Assembly (NCBI GenBank): GCA_964354975.1
Contig: CAYHBS010000003.1
Span: 4,086-68,085 of the forward strand
DNA from: an uncultured Candidatus Saccharibacteria bacterium
Lineage (GTDB): Bacteria; Patescibacteriota; Minisyncoccia; Ryanbacterales; HO2-45-13
DNA: 64,000 nt
Direction of reading: 5' to 3'
Shown here: piece by piece, positions 1 through 8,237 of the stretch
How positions within the stretch are numbered: the first letter of the stretch is position 1
Layout of the letters: every line of letters starts with the position of its first letter
Position numbers and translations under genes: made by a program
Notes under the pieces: model-generated
Told to the model about the DNA's origin: nothing
What the model saw: only the letters and a program-made list of their open reading frames with translations
Databases searched by the model: none

Positions 1-267
1 CCCTCCACCTGTCGTCGCGTCAGTTGACCCTTGATACATCGAAGGATAGGAACGGAGATCGGTGCATCCGTACGTAAGTGACGACGTTGTGGATGGTGCG
101 GTTGTTGATGTGCCAGCAGTCGAAAGTAACTGCAGTTGCGCCTGAAGATCTGCAATGAGTCTTGATAATTCTTCAACCGTTTGCGCGCTTGCGCTTGCGG
201 GAACGAGCGTCAGCACCAGAGAGAACGTTATGATTGTAGAGACAATCTTTGAATATAAATACTTCAT
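1..267 (-). CDS. Secreted surface protein, N-terminal part (runs off window); probable peptidoglycan-binding-domain protein
   Basis: Hand translation: MKYLYSKIVSTIITFSLVLTLVPASASAQTVEELSRLIADLQAQLQLL...GSTDATTGGG. Signal peptide (ASA|Q), coiled-coil 'IADLQAQL', Ser/Thr linker, and a 'GSTDATTGG' segment typical before PG-binding domains in Parcubacteria proteins. Not in ORF track because it is open-ended. Confidence 0.7.
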   Translation of the reverse strand, partial: MKYLYSKIVSTIITFSLVLTLVPASASAQTVEELSRLIADLQAQLQLLSTAGTSTTAPSTTSSLTYGCTDLRSYPSMYQGSTDATTGGG

Positions 268-376
268 ATAGGTAGCCACCAATAATGTTACCTATATAGT
301 ACTCGAGTATACGTAAAGCCGCCGAATGGAAATGTGTATAAAAAGGATAGCAGCAAAAGTAAGAAATCTCCCTTAC

Positions 377-463
377 AAAAGAACAGTCCCCTTCAGCGCA
401 ACTACGCGAAGAGGACTGCCCCTCACTTTGAGACGGTTCTGCCGATGTGTTCGGGAGAACCTA
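377..463 (-). ncRNA. Candidate ~90-nt small RNA
   Basis: Promoter TTGAGT(498-493)-17-TACACT(475-470); 5' hairpin 435-461; terminator hairpin 381-421 with G-U pairs valid only on minus strand, followed by TTTT. Confidence 0.4.
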
Positions 464-528
464 TCCATCAGTGTATCAAGAACGGAAAAAAGACTCAATA
501 GTCTTGTGGATAAGCGTTAATACATATA

Positions 529-1203
529 CTACCCACGAGGAATACAGATCACGTATTCACCTCTTGGTCGTTCATTCGTCTGCACACAACATGACTCCCA
601 CGCACTGCCGAGTGGCTCATCAATGATCGTCTCGTACATTTTAGTAAGTTCCTTCCCAATGATGACACGTTGCTCTTTTCCAAGTGACGCTCCGAGCTCT
701 GAAAGTGTTTTACAGAGTCGGTGAGGTGATTCAAAAATTACCACCGGCACTTCAGAAATTTTGATGCGCTCAAAAAAACTCATACGCCCTTTCTTCTGCG
801 GGGGAAATCCAAGAAATAAAAATTCATTTGTTGCAACTCCCGCTACCGACATGAGCGATGTCACTGCCGATACTCCGGGTATTGGCACTACAAGATATCC
901 CGCATCTCGTACCGTGCGCACTAATCGTGCGCCAGGATCAGAAATGCCTGGGACTCCCGCATCAGTAACATATGCAATCGTCTTCCCTTTACCCAGCTGC
1001 GCGAGAATTTGTTTCGACACTCTGTCATGCACATACTCGCGATAAGAAATAATCGGCTTGTGTATTTGAAAATGTGAAAGTAATTTTTTTGTTACGCGCG
1101 TATCCTCCGCCGCGATAAGATCAACGGATTTGAGTGTTTCAATTCCACGAGCGGTCATATCTCCCAAATTGCCAATGGGGGTGCCAACAATGTAGAGCGT
1201 CAT
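529..1203 (-). CDS. rsmI: 16S rRNA (cytidine1402-2'-O)-methyltransferase
   Basis: LYIVGTPIGNLGDMT, AAEDTR, DAGVPGISDPG, FESPHR, KELTKMYE motifs. Confidence 0.95.
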   Translation of the reverse strand: MTLYIVGTPIGNLGDMTARGIETLKSVDLIAAEDTRVTKKLLSHFQIHKPIISYREYVHDRVSKQILAQLGKGKTIAYVTDAGVPGISDPGARLVRTVRDAGYLVVPIPGVSAVTSLMSVAGVATNEFLFLGFPPQKKGRMSFFERIKISEVPVVIFESPHRLCKTLSELGASLGKEQRVIIGKELTKMYETIIDEPLGSAWESCCVQTNERPRGEYVICIPRG

Positions 1204-1715
1204 AGTTGTACTTCAATACGCGTACCCGGTGTAATCCCTTCAAGACCCGCGTCCGCAGGAATTTCCAGCACCGCGTTCACCCGCTCCGGAGAACTCACAA
1301 TCATACGATTATTTGTCGGCTCCGGGAGCAACTCATCAACACCAATAATAATATCGTCCCTCACCCATACAACATTCAGATGCACAAGCGTATTTTTATT
1401 CCAAAAATGTTGCACCGCTGGACTACTATCAAATAGAAAAATCATGCCCTCATTGGGAGATACCGATTCGACGTTCTGGAATCCCTGCGCACGCAAGTCG
1501 TCCGTGTCTGCAATGCGCATCGTAAATACACGATCACCAATCAACACCGTTGCGCGTCGATCTTCAGGGCGTACGCGATTGTCTGGAAGTGACAGTTGTT
1601 CAGAAACGGCGGGCATTGTTACTGCAGGATCAACAAACAGAAAATACGCGCCAACAATGGCGGCCGCAATCAACGCGCCACCTGCAAACATGCGCACCCA
1701 AGGTGTTGGAAACAT
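1200..1715 (-). CDS. DUF192 family protein with N-terminal TM anchor
   Basis: IADT..RAQG, EGMIFLF, FWNKNTLVHL, VLEIPA motifs; start chosen at ATG 1715, 6 nt after TATAAT. Confidence 0.85.
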   Translation of the reverse strand: MFPTPWVRMFAGGALIAAAIVGAYFLFVDPAVTMPAVSEQLSLPDNRVRPEDRRATVLIGDRVFTMRIADTDDLRAQGFQNVESVSPNEGMIFLFDSSPAVQHFWNKNTLVHLNVVWVRDDIIIGVDELLPEPTNNRMIVSSPERVNAVLEIPADAGLEGITPGTRIEVQL

Positions 1716-1766
1716 GCATGCATTATACAAAGATATGCGCTCGAAACAAATTTTGTGCGCACGCAC

Positions 1767-1804
1767 ATCCCGCACTATTCCGGCATGCCGGAATAGTGCG
1801 GGAT
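1767..1804. repeat. Perfect 38-bp palindrome
   Basis: ATCCCGCACTATTCCGGCATGCCGGAATAGTGCGGGAT equals its own reverse complement. Confidence 0.95.
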
Positions 1805-1807
1805 ACA

Positions 1808-1837
1808 AAAAACACTCCGCCTTTGCGGAGTGTTTTT
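1808..1837 (-). terminator. Intrinsic (bidirectional) terminator after large surface protein gene
   Basis: AAAAACACTCCGC-CTTT-GCGGAGTGTTTTT. Confidence 0.85.
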
Positions 1838-1859
1838 GTGGGTACCGATGGTAAGCAGA

Positions 1860-4800
1860 CTATCTGCTCGCGGATACCGCCTGTACTGCGGTGAGCACAT
1901 TCGAAAGTATTCGAGAAAACAATCTTTCACTCGCGGTCACAGTCTCTGAAAGCTGCACTGATACCTCATCGAAGAATACGGATCCCACCGATGGGGTCGC
2001 ACTATCCTTAAGACGTACTTTCAACTTTGTTGCATTTGCGGGAACCGTGAGCGTCTTTTCAATTTTGGTCCATGCGGTCGCTCCTCCGGTGTACGCAACT
2101 TGATCCCGCTTGAGAATAGATCCAGAAGCATTCCTCCATTCTAGTTCGAGATATGTGTCTGCGGTACCTGCCCCTACTGCTTTCACATACGCGCTCGCGA
2201 GCACCTTTGATCCCGGAACGACGGCATACGTTGTTCCATTGTTAAGCGTGCGAGTACCAGATGTGGTGTGCACAAATTCCATGCCGTACGTGCCCGAGTG
2301 TTTTTCAGTTGTTACAAGCTTTGTTTTAGTCCCCCACCCTGACCAATTGTTCTTCGCAGATTCAAACCCCGGATTTGTAACAATATTTGCGCCGTATGAT
2401 ATAGGAACATTATATTCATCGTTATCGCTGCTTGATGAACACCCAGGATCTGCCGGATAATCAATTTTTGCATCTCCATCATTATCGATACCATCGGAGC
2501 AAACTGAAGGCACCACATCAAGAGCAAGCCGTAGTTGCGTCAAAAGTCCATGCAACAGTGCATATAGCTCATTAGCATTTGTGGCGGTGCCTGCATTGAG
2601 CTCATTCGCAAGCTGTATGCCCACCTGCACTATTTGGTTATTGAGTTCATATGCGGCAGTGGAGGTGCTTAATGCTATTCTCATACTGCCATTTGCTGTG
2701 CCTACAAACGCCGTCATTTCTGCTGCTGCCCAGTTAATATCTCCCAAAATTGCAAACTCATGTTGCGATCTCCGAAAAAACCGCTTCATGTTTCCATATG
2801 CAGTGAGCTCATCCTGAAGTTCTGTAGGATATGGCACCGGCAAAATTGTAAGTACGTCCCCTCTTGTCCCCAAGGCGCCACTACAATTTAACGCAAAGCG
2901 CTGTTCTACTGCCGTGTCGTTGAGCTCGATCGTAATTGGTGTACTACCAGGAGAACTCAGTGCAGATTTCAGCGGAGAGTTACCGTACTGATCAGAAAGT
3001 CCGCACACGTTAACATTCTGACTTGTCCATGATGCAATCGAAGTTGATGCGTAACCCACAATCGGACCGTCCGTTCCAGCAATTTTCAGATCTGCCGTGT
3101 AATAATCTGCCGGCAACACGGTTATAGGTCCATCACTGCGATCCCACGCACCTGATTTCGTATCAACAATCCGAATGAAATACTCACCTGGAGTCGCGGG
3201 GCTATCATACTGATTGACGTCACCTGCCCACACAATTGATCCCCTTCCAGCTTCAATAATTTTGCCAACCTGCGTATATTGGCCATTTATCTGTGTATCG
3301 AGATATGCTGCAACGCTGGTGCTTGTTTCATCTGGTGTCCATTTGATCGTAAGCGGTGTTGCGTAAATCATCATCCGCTCCCCACCCACCGGTGCGGTCA
3401 TATGTAATTGAGGAACGCAGGTACCACTACCTACTCCATATGTTTTATATGGGAAATGAGCGCCTACGTACGGATATCCAGACACACCAAGAGCATTAGC
3501 CCAGTCCATATTGAAATTCTTTGCTAACGTCGCCTCTGGTGTAGTGGTTGAATTTGGAGACCAAATAAAGTTGTTACTTGTGGTACCTGCTACGTATTCC
3601 CAATGGTTCACCGTGCCCATAGTAGTGAATGGGAATGCGTCATCATTGCGAAATCGAATAGAAACCAATCCTCCATCAGTTGCAGTTACCCCAGACACTG
3701 ACATTGCGCGCAACGTATATGTTTTTGCGGTGCCCGCAGGAATAAGTCGATCGGCATTCGTATTATCGAACGTAATGGTAAGTCGTCCATTTGATATTTG
3801 CTGATCAAGCGCATGGACGCGGCCCATCGGTCCATACAATACAAAATTAGAAACCACCGTACATGGTGCGGGCACCACATCAAATGTGATGCGTCGCAGC
3901 AATATGTCTCGCGAGGGACTCGCCGTAATCTTTATTTTAGTAAGATCAGAGCCCGCTACAAGGGTGCTCGTTGGAGACGATACATCCGTCACAGTTGGAA
4001 CCGTTCGATAAATTTTTGTTCCCGGTGGATTAAGCGCCTCCGTGGATCCAGTAAACAACGCTCCTGTGTTCGCTCCCGTGGCATAATTTCCTCCTACTCC
4101 CTGTTTACTTCCATCGTATCCAATACTCACTACCGCGCCCGGTGTTGTCGACTGTCCAATTCCCTGCGGCAACAAGTCTGCACGAAGGGATAGCGTCACC
4201 GCATCATATGCAGGAATTACTACGGGTGTTACAAGTGTTGCAACTGCACCGGTTGATGTGCCCATGTATACTGAACCAACTTGCGTAGAACCATTCCAAA
4301 TTGTCACGCTTCCGCCGACAAGTTGACTTGCTCCAAGTGTAAAGTTCGTGAATGCAATCTGTTTGAGCAAAATATTTTCACTCGCATTGTTACTGAATTT
4401 AAATTGACTTAACTGCACGCCAACAGATCCGGCGACAGCAGTCTGAAAAGAATTATACGGGGTGAATGACACGGTATAGGGAACTGTTTGCACCGGTTGC
4501 GCGCCGATTTCAAAATTCACAGAGTCACTTGCAACAAGGTACCCATCCACAAAACATTCCAGTAAATATGTTATTTTTTGTGTGATGCCACCGGTTTGCT
4601 TTCCGCCCATATTCCCAGTCCAATAATTTGATGGGGGCTTCGGAAAATTCGCAACAGTGCATGCGCCTGTTGTTGAAGCAACGTTTGTGCTCCACTGAAC
4701 ATACCCCATATCCCCGGAAGCATGCACGTATGCGGTTCCGTCTGTCCAGGTATAGCTATCTGGGCTACCTTTTATATCAGCAGTATATATGGCTGCATGC

Positions 4801-4883
4801 GCCGCAGGAACGATCAATATAGTTGCAGCGAATGCAACGAGAGGGGCGATAATGTTGAACCAACGAACTTTAGTGAAGTACAT
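1860..4883 (-). CDS. Large secreted/surface protein (~1007 aa) with Ca-binding repeat and C-terminal CBM4/9-like carbohydrate-binding module
   Basis: Signal peptide (PAAHA|A); Thr/Ser/Gly-rich beta domains; CSDGIDNDGDAKIDYPADPGC motif; NIVTNPGFES...VFFDEVSV module. Confidence 0.75.
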   Translation of the reverse strand: MYFTKVRWFNIIAPLVAFAATILIVPAAHAAIYTADIKGSPDSYTWTDGTAYVHASGDMGYVQWSTNVASTTGACTVANFPKPPSNYWTGNMGGKQTGGITQKITYLLECFVDGYLVASDSVNFEIGAQPVQTVPYTVSFTPYNSFQTAVAGSVGVQLSQFKFSNNASENILLKQIAFTNFTLGASQLVGGSVTIWNGSTQVGSVYMGTSTGAVATLVTPVVIPAYDAVTLSLRADLLPQGIGQSTTPGAVVSIGYDGSKQGVGGNYATGANTGALFTGSTEALNPPGTKIYRTVPTVTDVSSPTSTLVAGSDLTKIKITASPSRDILLRRITFDVVPAPCTVVSNFVLYGPMGRVHALDQQISNGRLTITFDNTNADRLIPAGTAKTYTLRAMSVSGVTATDGGLVSIRFRNDDAFPFTTMGTVNHWEYVAGTTSNNFIWSPNSTTTPEATLAKNFNMDWANALGVSGYPYVGAHFPYKTYGVGSGTCVPQLHMTAPVGGERMMIYATPLTIKWTPDETSTSVAAYLDTQINGQYTQVGKIIEAGRGSIVWAGDVNQYDSPATPGEYFIRIVDTKSGAWDRSDGPITVLPADYYTADLKIAGTDGPIVGYASTSIASWTSQNVNVCGLSDQYGNSPLKSALSSPGSTPITIELNDTAVEQRFALNCSGALGTRGDVLTILPVPYPTELQDELTAYGNMKRFFRRSQHEFAILGDINWAAAEMTAFVGTANGSMRIALSTSTAAYELNNQIVQVGIQLANELNAGTATNANELYALLHGLLTQLRLALDVVPSVCSDGIDNDGDAKIDYPADPGCSSSSDNDEYNVPISYGANIVTNPGFESAKNNWSGWGTKTKLVTTEKHSGTYGMEFVHTTSGTRTLNNGTTYAVVPGSKVLASAYVKAVGAGTADTYLELEWRNASGSILKRDQVAYTGGATAWTKIEKTLTVPANATKLKVRLKDSATPSVGSVFFDEVSVQLSETVTASERLFSRILSNVLTAVQAVSASR

Positions 4884-5125
4884 AGTGTAATGAAATAAAT
4901 AATTGCACAAGCAAATAAAAAACGACCAAAAGAATCACGTCTTTTTTGGTCGTACACGCTCGCCCCTCAATTGGCGATTTGCTTATAGTATAGGTCGCGC
5001 GTTCGATAAACCATTACATGGTACCGAATATCATTGTGTATAACTACAAATGCAATGAATCACTAGATCATAAAAACATGAAATCAAAAAAGAATATAAA
5101 CTACCACCAATGCGTGCACACTCTG

Positions 5126-5989
5126 CTAAACATTCCTACGTTTATTCGGGAACGTCATGCGTCCATTTTTAAGCATTACTAAACCTTCATAGCACATTTT
5201 TTTTGCGATTACTTTAATTTTCTTTGGTTCCGCATCAAATGCTTTTGCCACTCGGATGATTGTTGTTTCCCCTTTTTCTGTGACCAACCGCAATATCGCA
5301 CCGCGGTAATATCTATCAGATCCCACAAACTTTTTCTGTGGTTTTTTTGAAATAATGACCGGATTTTTTCCATGAAGTTGCGCCAGTGGACACTCCGCAC
5401 TGTGACTATGCGCCTTACAATGTAGTGCCGCAATATCCATCACCGCATAGTTCCATTCTCTCCCCTTTTCTTTTGGAATTATTTCTAGTGCAAACTTATA
5501 CAGCTCCGTATCAGAAATTTCTTTTTTAGAAAAAAATACACGGCGAAGTATTCTCCGCACATTTGTGTCGATCATAGGATCATCTTCTCCAAATGCAAAC
5601 GATCGCACAGCACTTGCAGTGCTCATGCCAATTCCCGGAAGACGAAGTAATTCTTCGCGTAATAAAGGAAATGTTCCATTATGTAGGCTCTCAATGTTTT
5701 CTGCTGTGCGTTGTAGGTACAGCGCGCGCCGATTATATCCGAGACCCGACCAAAGCGTCAGCACTTCTCGCGTAGATGCGCGCGTAAGTGCGCGGGTCGT
5801 GGGAAATGCAGAAATAAATTGCTCATACTTAGTGCACACGCGATCCACTTGTGTTTGTTGGAGCATTATCTCGGACACAAGAATTTCGTAAGGGTCTGTG
5901 GTACGTCGCCACGGCAAATCGCGACCATGTTTGCGATACCACGCAAGTACCGCACGATTAAATTTTGAAACCTTTTCGGCGCGAGTCAT
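5126..5989 (-). CDS. mutY: A/G-specific adenine glycosylase (HhH-GPD), short form
   Basis: RDLPWRRT.DPYEILVSEIMLQQTQV, WSGLGYNRRA, LPGIG.STA, IDTNVRR. Confidence 0.9.
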   Translation of the reverse strand: MTRAEKVSKFNRAVLAWYRKHGRDLPWRRTTDPYEILVSEIMLQQTQVDRVCTKYEQFISAFPTTRALTRASTREVLTLWSGLGYNRRALYLQRTAENIESLHNGTFPLLREELLRLPGIGMSTASAVRSFAFGEDDPMIDTNVRRILRRVFFSKKEISDTELYKFALEIIPKEKGREWNYAVMDIAALHCKAHSHSAECPLAQLHGKNPVIISKKPQKKFVGSDRYYRGAILRLVTEKGETTIIRVAKAFDAEPKKIKVIAKKMCYEGLVMLKNGRMTFPNKRRNV

Positions 5990-6028
5990 GCGCGCATTGT
6001 ACAGATATTTGTGTACAAAATAAAAAGG

Positions 6029-6057
6029 GCCCCACATCGCTGGATGCGGTGTGGGGC
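6029..6057 (-). terminator. Intrinsic terminator of sORF unit
   Basis: GCCCCACA-CCGC-ATCCA-GCGA-TGTGGGGC followed by CCTTTTTATTTT. Confidence 0.75.
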
Positions 6058-6081
6058 GTCGCCGACGGCGTCGCCGTGCAG

Positions 6082-6117
6082 CTAGGAATTACTTTGAGTC
6101 AGGTTGGTGCATCGCAT
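6082..6117 (-). CDS. Candidate 11-aa small peptide MRCTNLTQSNS
   Basis: TTGACA-17-TAGAAT promoter, AAGGAGGT 9 nt before ATG, downstream terminator. Confidence 0.4.
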   Translation of the reverse strand: MRCTNLTQSNS

Positions 6118-6126
6118 GTCGCAACC

Positions 6127-6177
6127 ACCTCCTTAATGAGCTGACCGCATTCTACCCTACTTGCAGTCACGTGTCAA
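6127..6177 (-). promoter_or_regulatory. Near-consensus sigma70 promoter plus strong SD
   Basis: TTGACA 6177-6172, 17-nt spacer, TAGAAT 6154-6149, AAGGAGGT 6134-6127. Confidence 0.75.
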
Positions 6178-6221
6178 TACATATAGAGTGGCAGAAGAAT
6201 TGAAAACGCGGGAGGCACTCT

Positions 6222-7118
6222 GTGAAAAATCTGACTGTCGTTGCGCCTGGTGGCGCAGGAAGAAATGCGGGAACATCACGCATATTTGATATGCTGTGTG
6301 TCAATAGATACGCGCGGAGGTACATAGCAGTCTCGTCTGCGGTCACCGCAGTTCTGGCGCACGCGCTCGGACTTGATCGTGTCGCGGAATATATCTGGAT
6401 GCAAGTGGTCCCACAAAAGATGTATTGGAGTTTCTCCAATCTTTTACGGGGCGCTCCTGTTTCGGACACGGAACATCTTATTTGTGAGATCTTCAGCCAC
6501 ATTCCGGTTGAGCGCATTGATGAGATCGATGCCAGCATCCATGTAATCGTGTACAACGTGGATACCAACGCAAGTGAACTGCATATGATGACGAGCAAGA
6601 ATGCGCTCGAACTTACGCTTGCAAGTTGTTACTTGCCGTTTCTTTCGCACTTTCCCCAGCGGAGAAGAAATATTTCGCTTGAGGGAAAGCGATATATCGA
6701 TGGTTCGGCACGAGACATCATTCCCATCGACGCCATTGATAGTCTTGGGTGTCCAAATGTGTTGTTCGTTGCAAATTACCCGTACTATTGGCTTCCCGAT
6801 CCTGTTCCTTTGCCTTTGCGACTACTTGCAGGTATGACGCAACCAAATGGACGATACCTCTACCAAGATCTATGCGAGCGAGAGCGGCGCTTTGCCGCTG
6901 TGCGGCGGGACATAAGCAATCCGAAGTATCGACCGCATCCGATCAACTTGCATGTGGTGGGACCAAAGTTCATCAAGGATAAATACGCGATTGAACATCC
7001 TGCGGACCAAGCAGGTATCTGCAGAACTATGCAGAAAGCACGTGACCTCGCAGATAGCGATCGCGAATCATTCGAAGCGTGGATCTCACAGTTACCAGAT
7101 CAGCCGCCCGTCCCCTAG
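6222..7118 (+). CDS. Patatin-like phospholipase domain protein (degenerate motifs)
   Basis: VVAPGGAGR glycine loop, AVSSA at the GxSxG position, LASCYLP, YIDGS; GGGAGG before GTG. Confidence 0.65.
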   Translation: MKNLTVVAPGGAGRNAGTSRIFDMLCVNRYARRYIAVSSAVTAVLAHALGLDRVAEYIWMQVVPQKMYWSFSNLLRGAPVSDTEHLICEIFSHIPVERIDEIDASIHVIVYNVDTNASELHMMTSKNALELTLASCYLPFLSHFPQRRRNISLEGKRYIDGSARDIIPIDAIDSLGCPNVLFVANYPYYWLPDPVPLPLRLLAGMTQPNGRYLYQDLCERERRFAAVRRDISNPKYRPHPINLHVVGPKFIKDKYAIEHPADQAGICRTMQKARDLADSDRESFEAWISQLPDQPPVP

Positions 7119-7139
7119 TGGACGCGGCGGCTTTTTTAT
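7100..7139 (+). repeat. 40-bp terminator-like repeat copy A (encodes QPPVP*)
   Basis: TCAGCCGCCCGTCCCCTAGTGGACGCGGCGGCTTTTTTAT; 37/40 identical to 7808-7847. Confidence 0.9.
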
Positions 7140-7168
7140 AAAAAATATACTCACCCGATTGAAATCCC

Positions 7169-7513
7169 TTATTTTATTCGCTCTACTTCTATCGCAACAA
7201 CTCCAAACTCTTTTTCCTGATCCTCCGAATAAAAACGTCTATATACACGAATTCCCTGTTCAACAGTATCAACATCCGGGAGTAATTTCTTTAGTGGTTC
7301 GTGTATAAGCATTTCTCGAATAGTCCCGTACGTGCGCACACCTCTGACTATCACTGCAATCGAATCTGTCTCTTCTGCATTGTATATAATAATGTGATCT
7401 CCCACACTTACAAATCTATACCAGGCCTTTTTTACTCTTCCCTCTATCGTCTTCTGCCCATTTTTAACAAAAGTAAAATACGGTTCAGCACGATGGTTAT
7501 GATATGTCTTCAT
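7169..7513 (-). CDS. ASCH domain protein
   Basis: PYFTFVKNGQKTIEGR, GDHII, Y..FYS..QE.EFGVVAIEV; start at MKTYHNH. Confidence 0.85.
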   Translation of the reverse strand: MKTYHNHRAEPYFTFVKNGQKTIEGRVKKAWYRFVSVGDHIIIYNAEETDSIAVIVRGVRTYGTIREMLIHEPLKKLLPDVDTVEQGIRVYRRFYSEDQEKEFGVVAIEVERIK

Positions 7514-7625
7514 ATGTAATACCAAGAAATATTGCGCCCCGTCTTCATGTACAGCCACGGCGCTTTCATTGACAGCAAAATTCAATATCTTTATTATGAT
7601 TGAAGAATACCCCATGAGGTGCTAA

Positions 7626-7826
7626 ATGGAAATGGAGCAGTTTAAACTTGCCGTTCTTTCCCTCGATGAGTGCTCTCACGTAGAGGTTCTGGAGTTGCTT
7701 CTCAACCTCGAGTTCCACAGTGAAGACGAAATTCTAGAGGTGGTGGATTTCCTCTCGGTACATCGGCCAGCGCTGTTAGCTGAATTTACAGCGCAATATC
7801 TCACTCTTCAGCCGCCCGTCCCTTAG
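7626..7826 (+). CDS. Small acidic hypothetical protein (66 aa)
   Basis: TTGACA(7569-7574)-17-TATTAT promoter, GAGGT SD, terminator overlapping its stop. Confidence 0.65.
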   Translation: MEMEQFKLAVLSLDECSHVEVLELLLNLEFHSEDEILEVVDFLSVHRPALLAEFTAQYLTLQPPVP

Positions 7827-7847
7827 AGGACGAGGCGGCTTTTTTAT
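7808..7847 (+). repeat. 40-bp terminator-like repeat copy B (encodes QPPVP*)
   Basis: TCAGCCGCCCGTCCCTTAGAGGACGAGGCGGCTTTTTTAT. Confidence 0.9.
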
Positions 7848-8149
7848 TACGCTTCATCTAAAATAATCCGCTCGGAAAACCCCCCGCGTTCTTCGCGCTT
7901 TTTCTTTTGCACTGCAACCACAGATTCGAGTTCCCACTTTTTATACTCAAGAATTGCCGTAATAACTTCAAAAATATCCGCCATTTCTTCGATTGATTCC
8001 GCATCCACCCACTCCGCAACTTCTTCTAGTAATTTCTGATTCAATTTTTCCCAATACTCTTTTTCGTTCGCAATATGTGTGAGTGGAACTTCTCCCTTTG
8101 CGCGGATGATGTGCGGGATTTTGTCTCGTACTAATTTATTAAATTTCAT
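7847..8149 (-). CDS. All-alpha NTP pyrophosphohydrolase (MazG/HisE-like, house-cleaning)
   Basis: NKLVRDKIP, KLLEEVAE, EEMADIFEV, KREERGGF. Confidence 0.9.
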   Translation of the reverse strand: MKFNKLVRDKIPHIIRAKGEVPLTHIANEKEYWEKLNQKLLEEVAEWVDAESIEEMADIFEVITAILEYKKWELESVVAVQKKKREERGGFSERIILDEA

Positions 8150-8173
8150 ATTATTTTTCGCGACATTGAATTT

Positions 8174-8237
8174 TTATCCTTTATGTTCAGGTGCCCCAAT
8201 CAAACTACACTTCTTGATATGCGATACTAATGGAAAG
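8174..8237 (-). repeat. Junction site 1 (8207-8237) plus secA-like tail KKCSLIGAPEHKG*
   Basis: Minus strand CTTTCCATTAGTATCGCATATC-AAG AAG TGT AGT TTG ATT GGG GCA CCT GAA CAT AAA GGA TAA; abuts the AlaX stop. Confidence 0.85.

Noticed and set aside
326-520. 64-aa plus-strand ORF
   Set aside because: It overlaps minus-strand promoter and hairpin signals and has no protein-like features.
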